Shown here: piece after piece, positions 10,116-22,003 of the stretch
Layout: every line of letters begins with the position of its first letter
Position numbering within the stretch: position 1 is the first letter of the stretch
NCBI RefSeq assembly: GCF_036321535.1
Contig: NC_087437.1
Location: 57,352,001 to 57,416,000 of the forward strand
Length of the DNA: 64,000 nt
Direction of reading: 5' to 3'
DNA from: Camelus dromedarius
Lineage: Eukaryota
The notes under the pieces: model-generated
Database searches by the model: none
What the model was told of the DNA's origin: nothing
Seen by the model: the letters and a program-made list of their open reading frames with translations, nothing else
Translations under genes and position numbers: made by a program

Positions 10116-12876
10116 GTGTGTCAAGCGATGAACTATTACACATGATAGTAATTTAGGGAAGGGAGTGTTTATCAATAGTGGAGTTTTCTTATAACTTTTA
10201 AAATCAAATTCAAATTTGGTGGAACTTAAACTCCACCAAACTCCTCTCTATTGGAGTCAATAGACAGAGGGATGAGGAGCAAAAGACCACTGTCTTCTCG
10301 AACAAAAATCATTTGAGAGAAGCAGTGTCCATTTTCCTCTTGATTGCCAGATATGACCTTTTCAGAGATTTTTAAAAATTTATTAATACCTCTGACAATC
10401 ACTGCTTCTATCTTCTAGCTTTCAAATTGTTTTTCCTCCACACAGAGATTGCTATAAAATCAAATTTCTTTTTCTTAACTAGGTTTTATCATAAATATAT
10501 TCTTTGGAATAACGTGTGTTGTGAGTCTGAGCTTTCTATTTTATTTTAAGTCATGTAATTATATAGCTAGGAAGAGTTTTAGAAATCACTGATTCAATTT
10601 GCTCAAACTATGGAAACACCAGAGAGTAGATATTAATTGTCCATGGTCTGTAATGTATGGTAAAGCTTAGCTGAAAACCCCAATCTCCTGGCATGTAACT
10701 CAATGACTTTTCAATGTCCCTCTTAAGTCAGAGGTCCCAATCACTGCTGCCATTGCTTGGTAATTCCCCAAATATGTATCTCATATTATAATTATATTCT
10801 CTCAAAGGCACAGAACTTGAGATTAAGAATTAATGCCAAGTTAAATATTTCTGTGTTTAAAAGGTGTTTCATCATATAGTTGCTAAAATGTAAGTTACTC
10901 AAAAGATTTACCTTATTTGGCTCAGGTTGTGATTATTCTGGACTCTCAATTTCCGTCACCCCATTAACTCCCCTCTTTAAATACCATTCTCCTTGCATTC
11001 TCATTTAATAATTAAATGTACTGTGTCAGAATGAAGAAGCAAACTTTACCACTAAATTAATTAGTCTCCATAATATGTTTTTTAAACATAGTTAATGTAT
11101 TCCTAGGAGTGACTTTGGTTGTTTTGCTGTCAGATATCAAGGTCTACCATGCATAGCTAATTCCAGAGTTATGTTAATTATCCCACTTAAGGAGCAGCCT
11201 CAGACACATCAATATTCCTTTCTTCAGAACATTGCTGTTTTCATGGAAGGTATTTATCAGTATGCTTTTCCTCCAAACATGAATTCCTGTCCTGATTTCA
11301 TACATTGGTAATTGATTAATACAACAAACCATATTTGAATATGAATCATGTAATAGAGGTAAATAGAGCTAAACACATGTTAATGTAGTCAGAGACCATC
11401 AGAATCACAAAAATCAAGTTCAAAGACTAATAATTAACAAAAACCATTCCTTTTCCTGGCAGTTCATTGGCATGTACCCAGTCCCACTGTGTCCCTTTTA
11501 TCCCCAAAATGCATTGCTTTTATACACAAAACACTTTCTTCAAATGAAAATATACTGAAAATCCTAGTGTATAAAAGAGGCAAAAATTGAATTGCTCTGG
11601 CTGAAATGCCTGTCTGACCAGAACCCTCCCCACAGTCCCCATGCTGGTGGCTCAGAGGAACCGGGAAGTCCAAAGAGCACAGGTTGAAGGTGCAAGAAAT
11701 TTGAGACTGAAAAACACCTTGGAGGCAATCTTGGCCAGACTTAAACAAGACAAAACAAAAACCTATTCTTCTTGAATTAGAGGAAAAGAAGACAGCCAAG
11801 GACATAGAAGCTCACCGTCACCAGTGAGGGTAGCACCCTATTCTGGGACCCTCTCTAGCATTAAAGACATTTCTGACCACGTGATCCAGACTAATTCAGT
11901 TTTAGTACCGGCACTGAATGATACTTTGGATACATGCCAGAGTATATTTAGTATTCCTATTCAAACATTAGTAATTTGGGGCTTCACCTCATCGTTTCTC
12001 CATGAAGTATTTACTGAGAAGTAGAGTTAGACTTTAATTAGGGAGACATCAGATACTCACAAACGGATTTAATGAGCTTTAGATTTCAACTCTATTTCTG
12101 CTTAAAAAGTATTTGTTGCTCACTGGATGGTAAATGCTAAACACCGAGAAGAAATGATCACTGGAACTTCAAAAAACAAATACTTTCATCGTCCTTGGTC
12201 ATACATATGACCGTTCATTATACGATGTTTTAAAAGCTTTCACCAACTGATAATTTTGACTGAGGTTTATGGTCACTTTGGTCAAGCAAATAAGTCCTTG
12301 TAACCCCTCAGGTAACCACTAATTTGAATCCCTTGGTGAGCTGACTGGTTATTTGGCTTTTCTGCAGCCACAGCTACGGAGAAACTTAAAGTGTCCTTCT
12401 TCGCTTCTGCATAGTTCGATGGCCTCTCTCCCCATGGGGTGCCACTTTACCTTCCACGACAGGATTAGTTCTGTCCAAACTTAGGTAACAATCCAGCCTT
12501 TAGTAGAAAGCATTGTAAAGAGCTTTGGACCAGTGCTAAAGAGACTCACACTCAAGCCAACCTGTCTGCAGGTTCACATGTCCCACCCCTAGTGAAAGAG
12601 CCCCTTCTTAGTTCAAGACCGCTGACTTAGACAACTACACTCTTACTTTGTTTCCCTGTGTCTGGATCCCTGAGATAAACTATCTCTTCTCCCAAACACC
12701 ACCTTAGGTGTTTGGTCCCCATGTCCAGCTGTAGAGACATGCAAAGTTCTGGGACTTCTTCCTATATAAAAGGCTTAGACAAACCTGTGAAGGAAAATCC
12801 TCAGCATCAAATTTGTATAAGGAAATAATGAAAATGATGTTCTAGTAGAGAGCTTCAACAACAAATGTCCAGTCTT

Positions 12877-13170
12877 TCATTCAATATAGTAATTAAGCAA
12901 GTATTTATTAAATACCTATTATGTGTCAGGCGTTGTTTTGGGGGCAGGAAATACAGTAATAATAAAATAACTTAAGTCTTCATCTTCATAACACTTACAT
13001 TCAAATAGCTGGACAAACCATAAATACATATAAAGAACAGGTATAGAAGACAATGTCAGGTAGTAACATGAGCTCTAGAGAAAAATAAAGAAGGATTGAG
13101 GGATAGAGAGTGATAGATAGCTGCTCTTTTGATACAAAGATATTTCTAAGGAAGTAGCTTTTGAACAGAA
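12877..13170 (-). mobile_element. L2 3' end
   Basis: TCATTCAA...GTATTTATTAAATACCTATTATGTGTCAGGCGTTGTTTTGGGGGCAGGAAATACAG. Confidence 0.8.
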
Positions 13171-13629
13171 CGTTGGTTTACCCAAATGTCTTTCTTTTTA
13201 ACTAGGCTCTAGCAACAGAAAACTTAATAATGGGGGCAAATATAACCAAACCATGCCCGAACAACTGCTCAAGATGAGTCCTGTGGTCTGATGCCCTGAG
13301 ATGTGAAAAAGATCTACTGAGAAGAGAATGTAAGACCCTTGGGCTTCATCAAGATAGGAGTCCCCGCCTGGATCTAGGGCACCGTCCTTGTTAGGCTAGA
13401 AGCACTCTTCTAGATAGTGTCCACACTCTCTCTCAAGAGCTGAGGGGTAGGTCAGCTATATTTGAAGCTAGAGAACCTAAATTATTGTTCATAAAAAAGC
13501 CAGGACAGATAAAAGAAACTTCCCAGGCTCAGACACAATTGAAGGAGACCTCTGGCTGAAACTGACTCTGCCACTAACCATCTCAACACCCTTATCTGCT
13601 GGTCCCCTAGGGTTTTAGATCCAAGCTGC

Positions 13630-14250
13630 AGTGTCTCCGAGGCTCTCTGATTTGTTTGTTGCTATATCCTGAAGAAAAGAACCCAACAACTAGTTTATGA
13701 ATGGCGCTCCAGAAACATTTGTTGAGTGAGTGGCTATGAATATTTTTTCCCCACCTGACCATTCCTGTTTTATGTTTTGCTTCTACCAATTTACAGCAGT
13801 GAATCTTTAAGCTATACAACAGTTAGGAACCTTATCTACTGAAGTCACCAATGGCTCCTTGCACATGGTATGTGCTCAATATGTTTTATTAGGTGAACGA
13901 CTCTCTCCTAGGCCTTCCTGCTCTTCCTCCCTCAGGAACCACAGCCACTTGTTTCAATTTCAACCTCTCAGGTATAACTCTAACACTGCTTATTTTCTTT
14001 TTGCCACATCTCTCAAAACAGTCTCTTAATTGAATAAAACACTTCCACTAAGCTTTCTCCTAACAGCCAAACCTAAACATGTTGACAAATGGAATTCATA
14101 ACCTTCCTCTAAAACATCATTCATTCCAAGTTTCTGTATTACATAAAAGTCCCCATCACTCCCAGGCTCACAAACATGAGTCATCTTTGGTTGCTTTGTC
14201 CCCTTTGCACCTTATATCAAATTGAACATAAAGTTCTGCCAAATCTTCTG
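13630..14250 (+). mobile_element. Cluster of L2 fragments
   Basis: L2 tails (GGCGCTCCAGAAACATTTGTTGAGTGAGTG; GCACATGGTATGTGCTCAATATG) and body (CCCAGGCTCACAAACATGAGTCATCTTTG). Confidence 0.6.
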
Positions 14251-14899
14251 CAAATATTTTATGCAACAAGTATTTATTATGTGAGTCTGACCTGCAAGAC
14301 ACTGTAAGAAGTATGGATACAAAAATGACCTCTAATATCAAAAAGCATACAATCTCACAAGAAGAATATTTTAAATAAATAAATAATGTGCTACTGTATA
14401 AAAAGATTCTCTAACGAGCACGCGTGTGCAGTGTGTTTACACAGAATAAACTGTTCTGTTTTAGAAGTTCAAAGGAAGTTATGCTTATTTTCAATTTTAC
14501 AAACATATGTTATGGAGATAGACTTTAGAAAATGCGGGTGGGGGTAAAGATGTAATGAGATGTTGCTTAAATAGCATGTGACCACAATGTGGACAGTGTA
14601 GACTAATGTCACTGAACAATGGGCAGGCAAGAAAGTGATACGTTTCAAGCAATACTGTACAGGATTAGTCCATAAAGTCCATCAATGTTTGAAATACACA
14701 CTGAAGAGAAAAGAAATTAAAGTCAGGGATTAAAGTTCACTGGAAAAGGTGTATTTAATATATACATAAACCTAGGCAGTTATCATAAGAATAGACACAA
14801 AGTAGATTTAAGAAATGTAGAAATTCACCCTGTCCTACTTAGAAACTATCTGGATTTTGAAAGGAAACCAATGATCTGGTGACAGACAAAATGCTTTCA

Positions 14900-15080
14900 G
14901 AAGATTATCTTATTTTGGCCCTCACAAAACCTTCATAAAATGAAGTTTTAGAAAACATAGTTTCATGTTATTAGAGAGTAAACTGAGCCTAAGCAATGTA
15001 AATAATTTGCTCAGGGTCACCACAGATAATCCAGAGGCAGAGGAGACATTCTGACCCATGCACACTGGTTCTCAGTGTAA
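14900..15080 (-). mobile_element. MIR SINE
   Basis: GTAAACTGAGCCTAAGCAATGTAAATAATTTGCTCAGGGTCACCACAG...GGCAGAG. Confidence 0.7.
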
Positions 15081-15236
15081 TTTTCTTTATAAGCATGGAA
15101 TTTCGTCAGAATTGAGATTTTTCCATTTCCACAATCCAAGAAGGAGGGAGAGGATCTCGGCTCTAAGTGGCTCATCCTAAATAGAAGTATTTCCTGCAGT
15201 GATCCGTTTATTCAGTCCATGTCAGAACATAGGAGC

Positions 15237-15825
15237 TATGCCAATTATTTGGCTATTTTTCAGCTCCAAGCCCACCCTTCTGTACTCTGGGATGCTGCAC
15301 CTGACACTGTAGACTTCGGCTTGGGCAGCTTTTCCCTGACAGACGCTGTCAATAGAGGGCGCTAGAGGGAAGCCGAAGGTTGAAGCCAAAGACAGGACTT
15401 GCTCATGTTTGTCTGTTTTCTTGAGGGATCTCTGTGGGCCTGTGGTTCCTGTGAGTAGCATCTCTGCAAAGCTCTGTCCCCATGATGGTGGGATTTGTTC
15501 CCACAGCAGCAGCATCCCCTTCTTGGAGGGCTGAGGCACCTCCCCTGAGCTCAGATGCACCAGCAGCGCGGGGAGCAGAGCCCTCTCCCCGAAAGTCTCA
15601 TTTTCAGATCTACGGGACCCCTCCTCCCTCGTTCCTCTGTTCCCCGGCTGCAGAGGTGACATAGCAGCAGCTTCTGGCTGTTGCCACTTCTCTCCCACCT
15701 TTGAATTCTTCTTTTACTCTTTCATTAGTTGGCAATCTTATTCCTAATTAAAATTATTTACATTAAATCTTCTCTGTCGAATTACTGGTGTGGTTTCTAT
15801 CTCCGGTTTGGGCCCTAACACATCA
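15237..15825 (+). mobile_element. Solo ERVL LTR, LTR41 family
   Basis: 5' TATGCCAATTA..TCAGCTCCAAGCCCACCCTTCTGTACTCTG; internal CAATAGAGGGCGCTAGAGGGA; 3' TACATTAAATCTTCTCTGT..ACTGGTGTGGTTTCTATCTCC..GGCCCTAAC, all matching the recalled LTR41 consensus. Confidence 0.8.
15346..15365 (+). promoter_or_regulatory. CTCF motif within LTR41
   Basis: CTGTCAATAGAGGGCGCTAG versus CTCF core CCASYAGRKGGCRS. Confidence 0.6.
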
Positions 15826-16060
15826 GGTTTCCTAAAACTCCCCTACCAATCAAATATCTAAAGAGGACTTCAACTGCCTCTTGCTAATATCTCTAAATAT
15901 TAAATATGTGCCCAAAATGTTGTCCATTCCTAACAGTTCTCTTGCTTTACAAAAAAAAATGCCCCTCAACCTCCACGAAAATATGTTCCCTCCCGTTTCT
16001 ATATATCGTTTTAGAATGCCCTCTTCATGCTTCCTTGCTTAAACCACCATGAGCTATCAG

Positions 16061-16140
16061 TCTTTTTCCTTCCTTCCTTCTTCCCTTCTTTTTCTTTTTT
16101 CTCTCTTTATTTCTTTCCTTCTTTCTTCCTTTCTCCATCT
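16061..16140. repeat. CT-rich low-complexity tract
   Basis: Direct reading (TTCC/TTTC units). Confidence 0.85.
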
Positions 16141-16339
16141 GTCTATCATGATTTATCACCTAATTAGAGTTATCACTAGTATCTCCATAATCTCTACTCA
16201 TGTTAACCATTTCTATTTCTAGAAGTCATATAAATACTATATTATATATTGATATAAATATATAATGCAAATCATATATGTCATATAAACCATGATCTGT
16301 TTATATAACATAACAATACAATATAGGGAATGGTATTCT

Positions 16340-16690
16340 TCTTTTGAAATTTTCATTATAGTGTTACCTAAAAGAGTGACAAGTTGAAAACCATCAAAAA
16401 TTAGGAAAGTGCTGAAGTGAAATTGTTTATCCATTAAGTGGAATATTATGCATGTAAGTAAAATATTATTTACAAAGATTTCTAGTGACATGGAAAATGA
16501 TTATGACCATAGTACGTGAGCAAATAAAGATATAACATGTAACTCTGACATGACATCAACTATGTAAAGATGCACAGGAGAAGAATAGGAGGAAAAAAGC
16601 CAAAATGTCAATAGTGGTTTCCTGTAGATAGTTGGATTATGCACAATTTCTTTCATACTTCTAGCTACTTTTATATTCAGAAAAAGAAAA
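16340..16690 (+). mobile_element. Ancient L1ME-like 3' end
   Basis: TATCCATTAAGTGGAATATTATGCA...GACATGGAAAATG...CCAAAATGTCAATAGTGGTT. Confidence 0.65.
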
Positions 16691-16970
16691 AGGAACAGAA
16701 ATTTATTAAATAGAAAAGGAAATTGAGCATAATACATGCGATTCTCTTATAATTTCCCTCATAGGCATTTATCATTTTCCCACCTTCTTTAAGCTCACAT
16801 CGTCCTTAGAAAAGGAATTTTTTGTCTATAATACTCAAAAATGTATTCAGATTATCTTTTGTAGCCCTCTGAATGCAGTAATAGTAGCAAACAAATGTTG
16901 TCGGATGGAGTCATTTTTCTAACCATAATTTGCCGACTTTACATATAATTTCCAAGATGATATCCTCATC

Positions 16971-17190
16971 AGTATAGGGTAATGAAGAACATAAAAATTG
17001 GAGCCAGAAGGCTTGGACTTTAATTCTAGATCTGACATTTTCTAATGACATACCTTTAGGCAGATTATGTCACGTTTCCGAGCCTTATTTCCTCCTTTAT
17101 AAAGATATCTTTTTCAAGACTTCATAGGATTGTTTTGAAGATTAATGAGAGAGATTAAACTTGCTGTTAAAATGCTATATAAACTGGAAT
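16971..17190 (+). mobile_element. MIR SINE
   Basis: TTGGAGCCAGAAGGCTTGGACTTTAATTCTAGATCTGAC...CCGAGCCTTATTTCCTCCTTTATAAA. Confidence 0.7.
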
Positions 17191-18824
17191 AGTCACATAA
17201 AAAAAAGTAGTTTTTACTTCAAATTATTTGCCTGCTAGGACTACTTTATTCAAAACTCTTAAAACTGTATCACTCCCCAAACCTCTAAATTTTGGTCCAA
17301 ATGCTCCTTTTTTGTAAACATCCATCATAATACTGCATTTTGTGTACAAATAAATCACAAATAAATGGAATTTCCCTGCAAGGAATAGTACATTTTGGAG
17401 GTTCTCTCTTTCTCTCTCCTCCCCCGCCCCTTCTTTTCCTTGCGATGGAATTTGGATATAACTTTGGTGTATCATCTAAACCTACAAGATGACATCCATA
17501 AACACAGACAAGACGTTTATTTAAGATGAAGAACTGTGTCCTACAAGCAGACTTCCCAATGAAGCAGGTTTCCGGAAGGTCTATATTGCTATAATATATC
17601 TTAATTGATCATTGTCAGCATAAGTCAGTTTAATGGCCTCATTATTCTAACCTTCCCCTGTCTGGGATTCTGAATTTTAAGAAGAACATATTTCACAGAG
17701 CAGCTTTCACAGATATAATCAATGTTAGGGGACTACTTGGCTGCTTTTGTTGCCAATCTGATTTTCATAAAGGCATTACATTACAGGGAGAAAATGTTCT
17801 CAATATTAATAAGAAGACATGATAATTAGACTTAATCAATAATTAATGATCTTTATATTACCTTCTCGGCATTCAAACAGTTACCATGATTTTAATGGTA
17901 TGAAAAGCTCTTATGAGTAGATGACCTCCTGAGCTCTCCATAGAGAACTATATTTGTTGAGGCTGAGACAGAAAAAAAGTGAAGAATGCATCTCCATTTT
18001 CCTATTTTAGGCACAGGCCCACAAAACATACAGCTGTAAGACTCTTAGTAATGATTTCTTTCAAACTTTTTTCCAATACTGAATGCCTTCAACTGCGTCT
18101 CAGACTGGGCCATGTCTTGAATATTGCTTGACCGCTCTCAGGGAGGGAGTGCACATGTACATCAAGGAAGTCTATTCTCTTTGATGAAGTCTATTCTGTT
18201 TCCTTTATTCAAGTACTGAGCATCCTTTAATATAAAGCTGTGAAGAGGGACAGATGAGATGAGTCAAGGTGCTAACTGCCCACACAGTGCCACAGGATGA
18301 CTCAGTTCTCACCTCTAGTATAGCACGAACCGTCCTCCATAACACATGGGATTCTGTCCCTTTCCTCTGAATGGAATTTAAATTTCATGAGAGCAGAGTC
18401 CCTGTTTTATTAATCTTCACACCCAGCACTGAACAAATATTATTTAATAAGTGAATGGGAGGCAGAATAACAAAATAATTTGTTTAGATATGTCCTTCAT
18501 ATTGAAGTAAAATTACCCTTTAGCTTGCACATAACTAGACTAGCTTTATCTTCTGATACTAACCAGCATAAGCACTCTCCATCTTTCCAAGGCCTACCTA
18601 GGGGTCACAGATATCTTACAACACACTTTCTTCTACAAAGTATCTTCTGTCCCTGTATCTGTTCTCTATACATGATAATTTTCTGGCCGTTCACCATATT
18701 AATTATGCTTCTCTGGACACACTTTAGTTTGCCAACATCCTGACTTATCAAGGAATAAAATAGAAATAGAGGAGAGAATTAAGCTATTTTCGTCCATACA
18801 AAAAGAATGGTTTATTTGCAAACT

Positions 18825-19204
18825 TAAAAATATTAAAAAAAAAAAAAAAAGAACATAAATACAAAACAGAAACAGACTCATAGACATAGAATACAAACTT
18901 GTGGTTGCCAAGGGGGAGGGAGGTGGGAAGGGACAGACTGGGAGTTCAAAATTTGTAGATACTGACAGGCAAATGCAGAATAGATAAACAAAATTATACT
19001 GTATGGCACAGGGAAATATATACAAGATCTTGTGGTAGCTCACAGTGAAAAAGAATGTGACAATGAATATATGTACGTTCATGTATAACTTGAAAATTGT
19101 GCTCTGCACTGGAATTTGATGCGACATTGTAAAATGACTATAACTCAATAAAAAATGTTTTAAAAAATCTGTTCTCGTACAAAAAAATAAAAAATAAAAT
19201 AAAA
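18825..19204 (+). mobile_element. Young camelid-type L1, 3' UTR only
   Basis: Near-identical to 1260-1590 (GAACATAAA.ACAAAACAGAAACAGA.TCATAGA.ATAGAATACAAACTTGTGGTTGCCAAGGGGG ... GACTATAACT.AATAAAAAA). Confidence 0.95.
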
Positions 19205-20959
19205 TCCAGAATCTTTCATTGAAAAAAATATATATGTGTGTTTTTAGCTGGGAGAGTAGCCTGAAAATGGAAAATGAAAGAAGTTTCAATTGCAGGAAAA
19301 AAAAATGTGCATTGGAGGACTCAGGTCTCTTTCCTGGCTTTGACATAGGCCATTTATCTTCCACTTTTGACTTGTTTTACATAGTCTAAATCCTTAAATA
19401 TTAGTTCCATGAATTTCCTTCTATTTAGATAAGAAAAGTAGTTAGAATGACTGAGTTTCTGTCAATATAGTGGCTTGAGGTTCTTGGTTTAGACTCCATT
19501 AATTTACAGAAACATGTCTATTCCTTGCTAATATTTGGTTTCTGTGGGTCAGAATCATTCTGTGGGATTTCAATGTGAGACTTCGGTGAAACAGTGGCAT
19601 GTGTAATTCTTACTATGGTTACTTACAAATACATTCCAAGCTAAGTCTGATAGAACTGTAAAGGTGCAACCACTGAACTTAATATCATAAATCAAATTAG
19701 CAACAGATAAGATCATTTTATTTTCTTATCCCATCCATAGCTCCACCTACTTTATAATGAGTCATCCTTTTAGTCTATTAAACGTCCCTTCTCCATAAAG
19801 TCTTTTCTCATCTCTACTGAAAGATAATGGATTTTCCTTTTGCGTATGGCCTCTCTGTAAGATAAATTCTAACACTCATAAATTGACAAAAACTGAAAAA
19901 GAAAAACTCAACACTGTTGGAGGACTTTCCTCACTTTGAAATGGGTTAGGGAAAATTAATTGGCTCTCTTTATTATATTTCTGTAGAGAAAACAAATTAT
20001 GGAAGTAGTCAAATAGTGTTTGTATTTTTGAGAAAGATTGATGGTATCAGTCAAGGTTGTGGAGTTGTTCATTTGTTTTGTGTCTTGTGCGGAGTCCATA
20101 ATTCCTTATTCTATCACTGGTGTTGAGGGGAAACTAGGAAGACAGGATCACTAGAATATTCCCTTCACGTTATTGCATTGTGAGTTGATAAGGAGTCATT
20201 TTATTTATAATATTCATTTATGGATGTATAAAAACACTATTTTATAAATACATTCCATGCATTCATTCTATTTTTCATTCTTATATGCCACAGTAGGCAA
20301 TCAGTCTCAAATAAAGCTCTGTTTCATTCAGGGAACCACAAGTGTTTGGTTTTTACAAAGGTGGAGATGTGGCTTAATAGATGCTTGTCTGCCACATTTA
20401 AAAGTGAGTGTGACTTGCACGGAAATGGGAAATGGAAATAGGAAAGGTGATAAATAGACTTTACAATAACCTTACAAATAAGGAAAACAGATCAAACTTT
20501 TTCAAATGAAGCATTTAAATGCAAAAATAACCAGCACGGAGAATCCTGTCTCTTATACATGAAAACAAACAAAACAAGATATGGTAAGAAATAAAACTCA
20601 AACTTCACAGGCACATATTTCTCTAGAGAATAAGTCAGGAGATGTAATAGAAGATCTGAGCTTTTTTATGTGATTCCCAATCATAGGTAATTGTTACCCA
20701 CTGTTAAAAATAAAGTTAATTCACATAAATTTATTTAAAAAACTGGTTGATGAAATGCTTGTTAATATTTGTATTACAAAGGTTCTAGAAGAAGTTTATT
20801 TCCTATTGAGATCCAGCTTTAATTGAGACAAGCAATCTATGATCTTCCATAGTTAGTCCCAGTCAAAAATGTGAAGTTTATTGACTAAGGTCTTTCTGCA
20901 TCATATATTCTTTTAATCCTATCCACTTATCAATAATTATATAGTTAAAGAAAGGTAAA

Positions 20960-21165
20960 GGATCAAAGTGCTGGTAGGTTAACCTGTATTGATCCTACCT
21001 CCTCCACTTATTAGATAAGCAACTTAAGACAACAGTTTCTGTATCTCAATTACCTTATCTGTATGTGTCTAGCAGAGTTGTAAAGAAAAAATTGGGGAAA
21101 GAGTAAATTTATGCACATAAATCACTTAAGCTCTCAATAAAGAAATGTTAATATTTTATTATTTT
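20960..21165 (+). mobile_element. MIR SINE
   Basis: CCTCCACTTATTAGATAAGCAACTTAAGACAAC..TTTCTGTATCTCAATTACCTTATCTGTA. Confidence 0.6.
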
Positions 21166-21179
21166 TATTTTGATATTTT

Positions 21180-21612
21180 TTCTGGATTCTATTAGAAGGA
21201 AAGCAGTTGATAAGTCTCTGGTAATTAATTGGCCTCCCAGCCTTCTCTCTGTCACTCTCTACTTTACCCAAATTTGTTCTTCAGACTACTGTCAGATTAG
21301 TTTTCCTGCAAGATATTTTTATTTAAATTAATCCTATTCCCAGAACCTCTAGAGGTATCCTGCTACCTACCAATTATAATTAATTGACAATAAAAGTGCT
21401 ATCTGAAACATTTTTGATGATTCCAGCTAATAAAATCTTATTGGATGCTAGCCAGTCACAGTATCTAGTAAAGAGAAACTATATCTCTGAAGGAAATATG
21501 TGTATCCTGTGAGAACTGGGACTACATCTCTCTTTTTCACACTTCAAAGCCTAGCACAAAATCTGGCAAAAATTGTCATTCACATGTTCTTGAATGAATG
21601 AATGAGTGAATG
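21180..21612 (+). mobile_element. L2 fragments ending in a (TGAA)n tail
   Basis: TAATTGGCCTCCCAGCCTTC; AGCCTAGCACAAAATCTGGCA...TTGAATGAATGAATGAGTGAAT. Confidence 0.7.
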
Positions 21613-21675
21613 TTCTACTGTGATTAATGCCAACCCTCCTCACTGAAGGTAATTAAGAATTTCGGTTATAGGTTT

Positions 21676-22003
21676 AGGTGGCAGGCATTTGTTTTTGACT
21701 GCCAGCGTCTTTTCCTCTTTCTTTTGATAAAGGCACCTTGATTTTCACTTAGGGAGTTACCTCTACCACACTGCACGTGATCTTGGAGGCAAGGTCAACA
21801 AATGTACCCCTTCGTAAGGGGGAGAGGGTCACCTGATGAAGCTGAATCACTTAGTTATTCTAAGACTCTACTCTGTTTTATTTTTCTTTTTGAGTATTGA
21901 TTGTTCAGTTTTTCCTTTGACTCCTTAATGGCTGCCCACCATATTACTGATAAGTTATCTGTTAGGTTTCTGTTTCTTACAATCAAACAATCCAGCTGAT
22001 ATA
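21676..22003 (+). mobile_element. MaLR LTR (MLT1K/L-like), internally deleted
   Basis: GTGGCAGGCATTTGTTTTTGACTGCCAGC..GATAAAGGCACCTTGATTTTCACTTAGGGAG start; GGTTTCTGTTTCTTACAATCAAACAATCCAGCTGATATA end. Confidence 0.6.

Noticed and set aside
12760..12775. TATA-like CCTATATAAAAGG
   Set aside because: Isolated motif in AT-rich DNA with no supporting promoter context.
15222..15698. 158-aa ORF (minus strand)
   Set aside because: Lies within the GC-richer LTR41; no recognisable protein.
18699..19364. Longest ORF (221 aa, minus strand)
   Set aside because: Antisense reading of an L1 3' UTR and T-rich flanks; Phe/Leu-rich with no domain.
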